Under the pieces are notes generated by a model. It made no database searches and was not told where the DNA came from. It saw nothing but the letters and a program-made list of their open reading frames with translations. From Trichormus sp. ATA11-4-KO1 (GTDB taxonomy: Bacteria > Cyanobacteriota > Cyanobacteriia > Cyanobacteriales > Nostocaceae): a stretch of 64,000 nucleotides of DNA. Position 1 is the first letter of the stretch. Each line of letters begins with the position of its first letter. Made by a program: the position numbers and the translations under genes. Below are positions 31,101-40,136 of the stretch, in pieces. The stretch lies in contig JAHHIM010000001.1 in assembly GCA_019358915.1 (NCBI GenBank), positions 64,001-128,000 on the forward strand. Reading direction: 5' to 3'.

Positions 31101-31669
31101 CTCAAAATATTAACTACGGGTGGCGCATTCCGGAGACTACGCCAAATTACGTAATCAAAATTACCCTGCACCCGTTCTGCTAACTTCACCGACAAAGCTG
31201 TTTTACCCATCCCGCCCATGCCTAGCAGCGCTACTAGGCGGCATTGATCATTCACAATCCATTGTTGCAGCAAGTTAAGCTCTGCGGTGCGTCCATAGAA
31301 GACAGAAACATCAATTGCTTCTCCCCAGTCTTGATGCTGCTGGGCAGATACTGGTGATTCTACTGACTTGTGACTACGAGACTCTGTTTTCAATAAGCGA
31401 GAATAACGCCGTCTTAAGACTGATTTAACATTATTTTTAGTGACATTTTCTCCCAACGCCTGGGAAAGAGTTTGCCATAACCTAAAACCTACGTCTCGGA
31501 TGTAATCATCGTCATAGCCTGAGCTTTCAGCAATCTGTGCATAGGTGTACCCTTCCCAAGACTTCCGGAGTACTAACTCTTGAGTATCAGTTAAAGGCTT
31601 TTGCTGCAACACTGTATCTAACAGTAGCATTGCAGCTTCATAAGTCATGTCTATTGATCCCACAGGCAT
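28103..31669 (-). CDS. STAND NTPase: N-terminal wHTH + NB-ARC + pentapeptide segment + long WD40 array
   Basis: [54 protein letters not shown]; many GH..V.SV.FSPDG..LASGS.D.TVKLWD repeats. Confidence 0.93.
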   Translation of the reverse strand: MPVGSIDMTYEAAMLLLDTVLQQKPLTDTQELVLRKSWEGYTYAQIAESSGYDDDYIRDVGFRLWQTLSQALGENVTKNNVKSVLRRRYSRLLKTESRSHKSVESPVSAQQHQDWGEAIDVSVFYGRTAELNLLQQWIVNDQCRLVALLGMGGMGKTALSVKLAERVQGNFDYVIWRSLRNAPPVVNILREIILFVSQQQEVNLPETTEAKICCLIKYLRRQRCLIVLDNVESILQSGEQAGRYRSGYEEYGQLCRRVADESHQSCLVLTSREKPSGFTAREGKTLPVRSLQLTGLEPAEAQKIFTDKGLVNSADECNQLIHYYSGNPLALKIAATTIQTLFDGNITEFTQQGQVVIGDIWELLEQQFHRLSSHEKQVMYWLALKREWVTLLELQEDIIPKISERELLEALLSLRGRSLIERLSGSYTQQTVVMEYMIKKLIDQVCEELTTGNIQLFNSYALICATAKDYVRESQIRVIVQPILSRLKISLRTQAAIKQKLDNVIVKLREKSATIPGYASGNTINLLRQLQVDFTGYDFSNLTIWQADLQGANLPQVNFTNAEFNKSTFSEALVNILWVEFSPDGKFLATSDANGGVRLWNVDNLQQLQSFEGHLGWVWAVTFTKDGKTLASCCDDGTVKVWDVSTGDCLHTLQEDAVRGWSVNFSPDGTLLASNRADHTVKLWDVNSGQCLKTLRGHTNIVRPVAFSPDGAILATGSDDNTVKLWDISTGECLYTLSEHTQGVWSVTFSPDGKTLASGSQDKTVKLWDVATGKCWRTLQGKQIEFVWSVAFSPNGHNLAIASELPSISLWDINTGQCIQTLFGHSGRVWSVDFSPDSQILASAAEDQSVKLWQISTGQCIKTLQGYPTFVYSVAFSSNGQLLASNTGNIIRIWDIATGKCRKHLHGHTREVMALVFSTDGQTLFSGSCDQTIRIWDVNTGQCLRTLPGHTSFVFSLTCSPDGQTLASGSADKTIKLWNVKTGQCLKTLEGNSNWVFSVAWSPDGQLLASSSDNSIYLWDVQTGQPLKVVPGHQSWFGAIAFSPDGQKLVGGGIENTVNLWDVKTGKCQQNLHGHTKTVTDVKFSPQGNQLASVSHDQTIKLWDSHTGECLNTIVGHTNWIWAVTFHPHGQILASGSQDETIRLWDIATGKCLQTLRSPRPYEGMNIKGVTGLTATQKATLHILGAVE

Positions 31670-32201
31670 TAGGTAGAAGATGCTGAAACTACTGGCAAAT
31701 TAACTCTCTTTATATCAGTCTGGGAAACTTTCACGAAACTTTGCCGACTGAAACGACAGAAAATATCAGTTTTACCACTAGATTGACGAAAGAGTGTTTA
31801 TTTGATAATAAAGCTGATTTTAAGTTTATTTACGTAAAAAAATCATCTCTACTAGCAAAAACCTGATTTTTTATGATTTTTTCCCCTAGTAAACAAGTGC
31901 AGAACAAGGCATATATTCGTAGTGAGTAGATAAATGTTCTGTTCTGGCTCTAAAACCCAGTTTCCACAGGTGATTGATATTCGTGTATTTGAATACCTGA
32001 TGGCACATACAATGTCAAATTAGTTTTTTGTATAACTTGATACTGTTTTTTTAACTTATATCCATTCAGGTCGTCAAAACTACATAAAAAAGATCCGGAC
32101 ATTATTCAGTTTACTATTCACTAAACTCAATTTGAGTTAGGCATTTAAGTATATAGAGTAATTATTAGCTGCTAGTGATTTCAATATAATCAGAAACTAA
32201 A

Positions 32202-32564
32202 ATGTTAACAGAAGCAGAAGGGAACGTATCCAAAAGTATAGCAAGAGAAGGGAAGACTCCCCAACAGCAAATACAATCTGCTAGACAGCTTCTCTTGGGC
32301 ACTCCTAACCCTGAACTATTGCGAATAGTTTCATATCTACGCATCTGTTGCTCGGTAATGGAGATAGACTACCTACAAGCACTCACAGAAAAAGGGGACA
32401 AGCTACGGGAAACACCTTATTTCATTAGTCTGCTCAAGTCTCTGTTTGAATATGATCCTGAGTGGTGGCAAAATTGCAAAGTTTCTGCTGATGGTGATTT
32501 AAAGTCTGATGATCCAATCATTGCGGAAATTTTGCAACCTTTAGAGGCTATTTGTCAAAAATAG
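32202..32564 (+). CDS. hypothetical protein, divergent from the STAND gene
   Basis: 120 aa ORF with ATG start and protein-like composition in an AT-rich region. Confidence 0.65.
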   Translation: MLTEAEGNVSKSIAREGKTPQQQIQSARQLLLGTPNPELLRIVSYLRICCSVMEIDYLQALTEKGDKLRETPYFISLLKSLFEYDPEWWQNCKVSADGDLKSDDPIIAEILQPLEAICQK

Positions 32565-32739
32565 TAAAGTTAAATTAAGGATTTTGATTATCTGACTTAA
32601 AGTGTTGAGTGCATGAAAATAATTGTCTAATATTAAATTTTTAACTTTTAGTCTTAAATAAAAAACAAATTGATCCTGATTGAATTTCTTAACTAGACAA
32701 ACCAATTGATACTTAGTTATAATTATTTTATTTTTTATA

Positions 32740-32819
32740 CTTTGGCTAAGTTGATGCTCTTTGGTTTCAGGTGGAGAAGATTTGATTTGGATTATTATCT
32801 GTTGTAGTTGTCCATCCAT
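32740..32819 (-). pseudogene. possible N-terminal remnant of a cyanobacterial sigma-70-like protein
   Basis: MDGQLQQIIIQIKSSPPETKEHQ resembles the MDxQLxQL..HPPxSxERQ start of such proteins; the rest of the ORF is AT-rich noise. Confidence 0.3.
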
Positions 32820-32927
32820 ACTGAATATTTATCAGGTCTTTCTAAAGGGTTAATATTTCCATCGTTCTCAGACTTATACATTTAGTTGCAAAACTTAGCA
32901 TTAGTGTAAAAATCCTTTTTTTCGTTG

Positions 32928-34067
32928 CTACAAACTAGGATTTCTATGATTTATAAGTCCCAGTTTATCTAATGCTTGCATAATAGCGGCAATGCGAGTT
33001 TGAACACCGAGTTTTTCGTAGATATGCTCAAAGTGTTTTTCCACTGTTTTATCACTACAGTCGAGCAGAGAAGCGATCTCCTTTGTGCTTTTGTCTTTAG
33101 CACCCCAAAATAAGATTTCTGCTTCACGTCTTGTTAATCCCAGCATTTCCAATGATTGGAGAGAAAACGAACTAAGTGGCTGTTCTTCCAGCATGAGTAA
33201 GTATTGTTCTTGTGGGCGATCGCAAATTAAGCGGACAATTAAGCACTTATGTTCTTGTTCAATTCGCAGGGGTGGATAAAATGGAGTCACATGATCATTG
33301 TCAGACTGAGAGATTTGATAATTTACCCAATGTTGTAAAAGTTCTGGTAAATTAAAGCCTTGTGTCCGAGAATATGAGAAATATTGCGTCAGCATCTCCC
33401 AGGCTTTTTGTGTCATAACTTGAACATTTCCACTGGCTGACATTGTAATCATGCCCAATTGCTCCATCGTTTGGTGTAATCGGGTTAACTCTTGCTGCAT
33501 TTGGCTGAAGACCTTGGCATTTTCATAAGCTTGAATTAGATGAGGACGTAGTAAGTTCAGCACCAGGCGATCGCGTTCAGAAAAATTCCGTTGTGGTCGA
33601 TGCAGCGCAATTACAATATCTGTAAATGAATTATGTAATGAAAAACTGGCAGAGGCTATTGGTAGTACCATAATCATTTGCTCTTCTGCATCGATCAATC
33701 GCAAAAACCCATGATATAAGCCCTCTAAGCGGTGAAGTTCTTGCTCACACAAAAAATCTGATATCTTATAAGCCCCGCCATCATTGGTTACCACATAGTG
33801 TCTAGCTAGTGGATGTTCATAGAAATGATCATGGGCAGTTCTCTCAACATCTTCCAGCATAGGAGAGTCAAAGTTTTTTGATGTGATAAAAGGTGATATC
33901 CGGTTTTTGGGAAAGTTTACTGGTGACCAAGCTACCACATCTGAAGCAACTACCTGCGGCAAAGTTGAGATTACCCTTGTTGCCAGTATTTCTAAGTTGC
34001 AGAGTGTATGCAATTCCTGAAGAAAGTGCTGTATTTGTCGAACATCCCTTTGCCTCAAAGTAGTCAT
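32928..34067 (-). CDS. LuxR-family HTH regulator with N-terminal GAF/PAS-like sensor
   Basis: C-terminal GLTRREAEILFW...STKEIA.LL.CS.KTVEKHFEHIYEKLGV.TR; FSERDRLVLNLLRPHL GAF end; no receiver domain. Confidence 0.92.
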   Translation of the reverse strand: MTTLRQRDVRQIQHFLQELHTLCNLEILATRVISTLPQVVASDVVAWSPVNFPKNRISPFITSKNFDSPMLEDVERTAHDHFYEHPLARHYVVTNDGGAYKISDFLCEQELHRLEGLYHGFLRLIDAEEQMIMVLPIASASFSLHNSFTDIVIALHRPQRNFSERDRLVLNLLRPHLIQAYENAKVFSQMQQELTRLHQTMEQLGMITMSASGNVQVMTQKAWEMLTQYFSYSRTQGFNLPELLQHWVNYQISQSDNDHVTPFYPPLRIEQEHKCLIVRLICDRPQEQYLLMLEEQPLSSFSLQSLEMLGLTRREAEILFWGAKDKSTKEIASLLDCSDKTVEKHFEHIYEKLGVQTRIAAIMQALDKLGLINHRNPSL

Positions 34068-34149
34068 TTCCCCTCTCCTATTGCTATAAAACCAATTTGA
34101 CAGAAAGTGTGCTGATAAAACGCATAGTGTATCAATTTCTTAATATTTG

Positions 34150-34169
34150 AATACGGGATTTTCCGTATT
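34150..34169. promoter_or_regulatory. palindromic operator candidate (LuxR/NarL-type 7-2-7)
   Basis: AATACGG-GATTTT-CCGTATT between the LuxR gene and the divergent secreted-protein genes. Confidence 0.6.
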
Positions 34170-34229
34170 GAACATGAATAACTTACTCGTTATTATCCAT
34201 CCATGTAGATATCCTTTTACCTTGTTATT

Positions 34230-34348
34230 TACAGCATCTTGCATGCAAGTACATAAGGTACACCCCTCCCCAACCCCTTGGTAAAGGCAGGGTGCGCGAT
34301 AGCGCGGGTGGGGTATTCATGTACCTCACAAAGCTGAAATCTGCTGTA
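34230..34348. mobile_element. MITE-like dispersed repeat
   Basis: Ends TACAGCA/TGCTGTA; internal AGGGTGCGCGATAGCGCGGGTGGGGT recurs inverted at about 38190-38217. Confidence 0.6.
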
Positions 34349-34453
34349 TATTAATCCCTGCATTACTTGGATATTTATACATGTCATTTACAAAAATAAT
34401 TTTTGAAGATTTTGTATAAAACCATAAAGCTTTTTAAAAATTGGGGAATTTCT

Positions 34454-34768
34454 ATGAAAGTCAGGCATATCATTTTAACAACTGCGCTTTTTGCATTGCC
34501 AATAGTGCTAAGTTTAACTGGACAAAGTTTTGCTCTCATCAATCGAAGTCAAACACAAAATGACAAAGGTGATTTAGAGGAAAGGGGGTACAAATGCGAA
34601 CGTATAGCAACTAACTTTACCGAATGTACTAAAAATGGATCACCAACCTATTGGTGTACTGATAATGGAAGTTGTGAGGAAGCACCTAAAAGAAGTTCAG
34701 CACCCACGCGGATGCGGATTCCCACTTATAAAATACAGCCAGTAGATCGCTACTTTTATCAGTACTAA
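34454..34768 (+). CDS. small secreted protein with four Cys
   Basis: Signal peptide MKVRHIIL..GQSFA; C-x9-C-x9-C-x5-C core. Confidence 0.7.
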   Translation: MKVRHIILTTALFALPIVLSLTGQSFALINRSQTQNDKGDLEERGYKCERIATNFTECTKNGSPTYWCTDNGSCEEAPKRSSAPTRMRIPTYKIQPVDRYFYQY

Positions 34769-34908
34769 CCCTCTTCCGTCACTCTGGGGTGAAACCTTAA
34801 TTTTTCGTTGGCTGAAACTTCGAAAATTCGTTCATTCTTCCAAATTGGAATGCAGTATCTAGAAATTGTTGTTAAATGAAGACGAGCCACTAAGAGTGAG
34901 AGATGTAA

Positions 34909-34938
34909 AAATACCCTACTGCAAGCGGTAGGGTATTT
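34909..34938. terminator. strong hairpin, probable intrinsic terminator
   Basis: AAATACCCTAC-N8-GTAGGGTATTT. Confidence 0.65.
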
Positions 34939-35004
34939 AATTTAACCTGTCAAAAATTACTGTTGACAATTATGTGATCTACAGATTCTGCTTGTGGAGA
35001 GAGT

Positions 35005-35601
35005 ATGAAAATTAAAGACAACCAACAGCAAACAACGTTACTAAGTCATGGATTGTGTTTATTATTAACACTTACTACTTTTGTCTTTCCAGCTAACGCT
35101 CAATCAAAAGATAGAGACAATCCTACACCACTCACATCTAATGTAGTCACTGGTCAAGTAGGTAAAGATGATACTAGTGAGTACTTTTACAGCTTCATTG
35201 CTGGGCCTGGTGAAGTCACTGTTACACTTGATGTTCTACCAGAAAGGAATTCTCTGTCTATTACTGTTGATTTATTCGATACAACTAATGCTAAAGAACT
35301 TTTGTCTTTTAGGAAATCATCTGTTGAATTTCACAGTGCGCGAGAAATTAGACGTATTCAATTCAACAAGCAACAACCTGTTGTGATGCGTGTTAGATGG
35401 AATCATTTTAATAAAACTGGTGGTTACAAAGTAAGACTGGATGGTGCTGTGAAGTTTGCTAATACCCAGTCGCCTACAACAGGAACTAATACTTCAGTTC
35501 TGACTGTGCCAAATCAGGGAATGCTTCGGATAGAAATGGATGATGGCACTACCCAAGAATTTAATCTCAATCGTGTAAGAAGAGTACTCATTCAACAGTA
35601 A
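35005..35601 (+). CDS. secreted beta-sandwich (PPC-like) hypothetical protein
   Basis: Signal peptide ending PANAQ; FYSFIAGPGEVTVTLD..GGYKVRL pattern. Confidence 0.7.
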   Translation: MKIKDNQQQTTLLSHGLCLLLTLTTFVFPANAQSKDRDNPTPLTSNVVTGQVGKDDTSEYFYSFIAGPGEVTVTLDVLPERNSLSITVDLFDTTNAKELLSFRKSSVEFHSAREIRRIQFNKQQPVVMRVRWNHFNKTGGYKVRLDGAVKFANTQSPTTGTNTSVLTVPNQGMLRIEMDDGTTQEFNLNRVRRVLIQQ

Positions 35602-35799
35602 CTTTTTCACTTGATATATATGAGCAAAATTATTAACCAAAAATATTTCTCGAATTTTATATAAAAATTTGGTTTTCTTGAGTGACTAAGAAATACTTAT
35701 ATCTTGCACTCCTGCACTAGAAGTCACGGCTACACAGGCTTGATGCGCAGATTTACTTGTAACCTTCAATTAAGTCCAACAATTACGAAAAACAAAGAT

Positions 35800-36786
35800 A
35801 TGAAATCTCATAAATATTCATTCAAGGCTGCTTTATGCAGTTTAGGTCTCTTGCTTTCTGCATCGCCTTTATTCTTAGCCGGGTCTACAGCTCATGGGAA
35901 ACTCGATTGTCGAGGTGAGAATCCAGCACCAATATGCATAAATCCGCCAACACCCAGGCTGATATCCCAAGCAAGACCACCAGAGGCAGACTCAATGCCT
36001 GTGACTATTGAACTAACCGAATTCATTTGTATCAACGCAGATGAAGACAGTTTTTATAGCAATGGTGATGAGCCTTACCTGTTTGTAGCTGCTATTTATG
36101 CAGACGGTACAACAATCGATTTACGGAAGTTTTCTGATGCTACCGTTCGCATCCAAAGCCCTAGTAAAACTCATGGTAACTTAAGACGCAAAGGCGTTAA
36201 AGCTGGACACAGGTTCCCAATTCCTAGTAGCACTGGACGTTTCACAAATAGTATCTTACCGATTGCTGGAAAACTACCAGGTAATCTGGCGAAAGAAAAA
36301 AGCATCGTGGGACTTATAGTGATTGCAATGGAAGAAGATGCTACTCCGACAAAAGCTGCAAATGCGGCACAAAGGGCGCTGGTAAAGGTGCTGAAAAATG
36401 ACTTAGAACAGACTATTCGTAATTTCGATGAACCGGATATTGAGACTCTTAAAAGGAATATTAGAACAGCAATGCAAAATGCAATTAAACAAGGAACCTT
36501 GAGAAGATTTGGTATTTTTGGCTTTCTTGATCCAGATGATTATATAAATGCCGATTTTGCTACATGGAGTTATCAAGAAATCCAAGATGCAGGTACACGA
36601 GGGATTCCTATTAATATGACTTTTAAAAAATCTGGTGTTGAGTACAGAGTTACAGGAAGAGTGCGTCGCGGTAGTCCTGCGGTAGAAACATCCCCACCAT
36701 GTCCGAGGGGGCAGATCTGCGCTGAACCAGGACTAGGACGAGATGAATGCCGCATTTGCATCCCTGATGGTACTCATCGGCCTTAA
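35800..36786 (+). CDS. secreted hypothetical protein with Cys-rich termini
   Basis: Signal peptide MKSHKY..STAHG; CINADED..GDEPYL and DPDDYI motifs; C-terminal CPRGQICAEPG..CRICIP. Confidence 0.75.
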   Translation: MKSHKYSFKAALCSLGLLLSASPLFLAGSTAHGKLDCRGENPAPICINPPTPRLISQARPPEADSMPVTIELTEFICINADEDSFYSNGDEPYLFVAAIYADGTTIDLRKFSDATVRIQSPSKTHGNLRRKGVKAGHRFPIPSSTGRFTNSILPIAGKLPGNLAKEKSIVGLIVIAMEEDATPTKAANAAQRALVKVLKNDLEQTIRNFDEPDIETLKRNIRTAMQNAIKQGTLRRFGIFGFLDPDDYINADFATWSYQEIQDAGTRGIPINMTFKKSGVEYRVTGRVRRGSPAVETSPPCPRGQICAEPGLGRDECRICIPDGTHRP

Positions 36787-36938
36787 GCTAGACCAGAGTT
36801 TTCAATAGTTTCAACTATCCCACACAAAGGTGCAAATAGTCAGAATTCCTAAAAGAAATATAGGGAGATAGGCGATCGCTTATTACTTAGGTTGGTGCTG
36901 TTTGGGTGAGAAAATCTTTTAGTAGAGTTTGCTAGGGA

Positions 36939-37712
36939 ATGATGAGTCAAAATCCCGCAACCCTTTATCCTTGTCCCTGCTGTGGCTATCTAACCCTATT
37001 AGAAAAGCCACCAGATACTTATCTGGTCTGTCCCATTTGCTTTTGGGAAGACACCGGAGAACACTCACGGCTGCTGATTGCCCAGCGCAATTTTGTTGAG
37101 TTGGGCGCGTGTGATGCTGCTTGGCTTGCCCAAGTGCGTCGTCCCACAGAACAAGACCAGCGAATACCAAACTGGCAGCCCCTTCATGTTCTGGCAGAAG
37201 CAGCTAGACCAAAAGTGATTGCACAAATTACTAGTGCCTTTGAAGATGTAGTTCGCTCAGATGGGGTTTCTCTTCATGAAGCAAGAGTAATTGATGATTG
37301 GGGAGGCATGGAAGAACGTATGGTGGCACGAAAAATGGATACAGATAAGCGGTGGCAGGATGTCCCTTGGGAATGGATTGAGAAGTTACACGATGCTTTA
37401 GCCTTTCTCGACCCCAAAGGATGGCGGTACTATATTCCTGCCTATATGCTCTATTCACTCAACAACTATATAACCTCTCGCTCAAACGCTGTTTATTCAG
37501 CAATTTATTCTTTGCTACTTCACGAAGATACGAAAAAAAGGAAGGGACTCAAGGAACATCAATTATCCTACTTTAGGGTGTTAACAACGGAGCAATCAAA
37601 AGCAGTGTGTCAATTTCTGCGATTTATGGTTGTCTATGACAATTGGGATGGATATGGTGGGACAGCGCAAGAAGCATTAAACCGTTATTGGGATAAATTT
37701 TGCCTTGAGTGA
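36939..37712 (+). CDS. CPCC cysteine-rich domain fused to DUF6714-like domain
   Basis: YPCPCCGYLTL..CPICFWED; AFEDV.R.DGVSLHEA..IDD, FLDPKGWRYYIPAYM. Confidence 0.8.
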   Translation: MMSQNPATLYPCPCCGYLTLLEKPPDTYLVCPICFWEDTGEHSRLLIAQRNFVELGACDAAWLAQVRRPTEQDQRIPNWQPLHVLAEAARPKVIAQITSAFEDVVRSDGVSLHEARVIDDWGGMEERMVARKMDTDKRWQDVPWEWIEKLHDALAFLDPKGWRYYIPAYMLYSLNNYITSRSNAVYSAIYSLLLHEDTKKRKGLKEHQLSYFRVLTTEQSKAVCQFLRFMVVYDNWDGYGGTAQEALNRYWDKFCLE

Positions 37713-37714
37713 AA

Positions 37715-37898
37715 CAGGACTTACGCAAAAGTCGTTTTAAATCTGAAACCCTTATCCTGCCTTCAATACGTTAAAAAACCTTTGTGGGAAACCTAGAAGG
37801 AATTTTTATGACTGATTGTTTTTGCCAAGCCGAGTGAGAAATGGGAGTTAATGGTTAAAGCATCATCATCTCACCCTCGTAAATTGGCGGAGGTATTG
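37715..37898 (+). mobile_element. partial MITE/IS end of the AGGACTTACGCA family
   Basis: Starts CAGGACTTACGCA, the same TIR core as 24283; 37746-37898 recurs inverted at 54981-55133. Confidence 0.7.
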
Positions 37899-38163
37899 GC
37901 TATTAGGTATTTGTTCTAGCGATCGCCTATCTGCTTCCACATTAATTCCGGCGCTATTACCCAGAATTGTCAGAACTCAAATGAGAGTTCTGGAGGTAAT
38001 ATTTTTTCTTCTTCTGTTACCTGTTGTGGAAATTACTACTTCGTTTTTGTTCCTTCCTCTAGGGGATCTGATCTGGCTAAAGTCGTTGACAAATGACTGA
38101 ACAAAATCAAAAAGTTTGCTTGATCAGACTGAAGCGATGAAACTGCGGTATTGTTTATTTTTA

Positions 38164-38465
38164 TATAGCGTTTCCCAGTCACGTGAAATACACCCCACCC
38201 GCGCTGTCGCGCACCCTCCCCTTGCCAAGGGGAGGGTTGGGGACAGGGCTGTTTCATTCGCTTGTGTTGGAGATTTGTCAAGAGGATAATCTCACGCAAA
38301 GGCGCAAAGACGCAAAGAAAAATCAGGTATTTCGGACTGAAGATGCCAAAATTTTCGGTCTTAATTGTGGATTTGTCCTTGCAATTTTAACCCTTTTAGG
38401 GAACGAATCAGCCCTGGGGTTGGGGAGGGGTCATTTTGTACCTTACCGGAGTCGGAATTGCTATA
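38164..38465. mobile_element. composite MITE-like repeat next to the tRNA-Thr 3' end
   Basis: TATAGC/GCTATA ends; CCCTCCCCTTG..AAGGGGAGGG hairpin; segment shared with 34230-34348. Confidence 0.5.
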
Positions 38466-38507
38466 CCCAATTGGTTATAGGCTGGATCTATGTAACACTT
38501 GAAGCCA

Positions 38508-38579
38508 AGCCGATGACGGGATTTGAACCCGTGGCCTGCTGATTACGAATCAGCTGCTCTACCACTGAGCCACATCGGC
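38508..38579 (-). tRNA. trnT: tRNA-Thr(CGT)
   Basis: GCCGATGTGGCTCAGTGGTAGAGCAGCTGATTCGTAATCAGCAGGCCACGGGTTCAAATCCCGTCATCGGCT cloverleaf, anticodon CGT. Confidence 0.97.
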
Positions 38580-38611
38580 GCACACAGTCAGTAATTATAG
38601 CATTACTTTTT

Positions 38612-38926
38612 ATGCCCGAAATAAATCCCAAAAATCGCCTTAACCCTGAACAATATGCCCGCCTCAAAGCTGAAATAGCAGCCCCCTATCGTGGCTTGCG
38701 GCAATTTATCTATATTGGTTGCGGTGCTTCTGGTTTGATTGGTGCATTTATTTTCTTTTTTCAAGTGCTTGCTGGACGAGAAATTGATAGCGCTTTGCCT
38801 AATTTGGCTCTTCAAGTAGGAATTGTTGCTCTGATGGTCTTCCTCTGGCGCTGGGAGCAAAGACGGCAAAACAGGGGACAGGGGACAGGGGACAGGCTTC
38901 GGCGTGAGCGCTCAGTCGAACGCTAA
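38612..38926 (+). CDS. DUF3493 domain membrane protein
   Basis: RLKAEIAAPYRGLRQFIY..GASGLIG, NLALQVG. Confidence 0.85.
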   Translation: MPEINPKNRLNPEQYARLKAEIAAPYRGLRQFIYIGCGASGLIGAFIFFFQVLAGREIDSALPNLALQVGIVALMVFLWRWEQRRQNRGQGTGDRLRRERSVER

Positions 38927-39226
38927 CGCTCACGCCGAAGTCCGAACGGTGACAGTATTGGAATACAGCGATTTCAGACGTGTTGAAAAATCGCTAAATG
39001 TTTATGCGTAGGTACTTATCAGTGCTGAAGCAAAAAATTAACAGTTAATTTTTTTGGTTTTTCGGTTATTTTTATGAAAAACCTGGTTCAAATTCATTGC
39101 AAGCCCTATCCTGTAAGGATTTCATTTAAAACAAAAGCATAATTCTTTATAACGCTTGCCCCGTCAAGATTCTGTTATAATCAATCGTCAATCACGTGTT
39201 TTTAACTAGGTTTGCTTAATAAATCT

Positions 39227-39850
39227 TTACTTTCTAAACAACATTGATACAATCCTTGGTAGTTTATTTTGATCTTGTTCATGCCACCACTCTTTGAAAC
39301 CCTCAAGTAGGAACCCATGATCTTTCGCTGTGTTAAAAAAGTCTGATAGATGATGCACAAATGCTGGAATTTCAATGATTTCTTGATGTCTTTGAAAATT
39401 AGCTTTTGTTCCTTGATATTGCCTGAATGGATGAAGCTCAGAAATAAAAAAGTATCCTCCTTTGACTAATACACGGAATGCTTCTGAAAATATCAAGCTG
39501 AGGTTTTCGATGTGTTCTAGAACAAGATTACAAGTGACTAAATCGGCAGACTCATTGCGACAAGTCCATTGTTTCGTGATGTCTTCTGTAATAAACACCA
39601 CATTAGCTGACCTCACTTTCTCTTTCGCTTTTTCTATCATGTGTGCTGAAAAATCGAGCGCATAAACTTTCTTAGCAAGTTGTGAAAGCAAAAGCGTATT
39701 TTTACCTGTACCACAGCCAATTTCGACTACTGATTTACACTTCAAAACCATCAAGGTTTCTCTGGTGACGGTTTGATCCAGATCACGCGTTAGATTTTTG
39801 TCAACATCGTATGTGGCTGACCAATTATCGTATGCTGCTTGAACATTCAT
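39227..39850 (-). CDS. class I SAM-dependent methyltransferase
   Basis: VVEIGCGTG, ALDFS, LVLEHI, RVLVKGG, ELHP. Confidence 0.9.
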   Translation of the reverse strand: MNVQAAYDNWSATYDVDKNLTRDLDQTVTRETLMVLKCKSVVEIGCGTGKNTLLLSQLAKKVYALDFSAHMIEKAKEKVRSANVVFITEDITKQWTCRNESADLVTCNLVLEHIENLSLIFSEAFRVLVKGGYFFISELHPFRQYQGTKANFQRHQEIIEIPAFVHHLSDFFNTAKDHGFLLEGFKEWWHEQDQNKLPRIVSMLFRK

Positions 39851-40083
39851 ATAGCTTCATTTTAAGGTATTGTTTTCTTCAAACTTATTTATATTTTGAC
39901 AAAATCTGAGACATAAATAGAGAAAAAATATTAGGAAATCTCCAAAAACAAAAATTTCTGAGAAACTGGTAAATTGTTCAAACGGGGTCAGCAAATATAA
40001 AGACCCTGAATATAAACTCAATCTCATTCAAATGGGGTTAGCTATATTTAAAAACCCCAAATTTTTAAAAAATCACAACTTTG

Positions 40084-40119
40084 AAAGCGCCAAACTAAAA
40101 TGTTAGTCTGGCGCTTTTT
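40084..40119. terminator. bidirectional terminator hairpin
   Basis: AAAGCGCCA.ACTAA..TTAGT.TGGCGCTTTTT downstream of the SLH gene. Confidence 0.7.
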
Positions 40120-40136
40120 ATTTTCTCTCTCAAGGC

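Noticed and set aside
38036..38542. Overlapping 87-aa and 119-aa ORFs beside tRNA-Thr
   Set aside because: Made of MITE/repeat sequence and overlapping the tRNA; unlikely to be coding.
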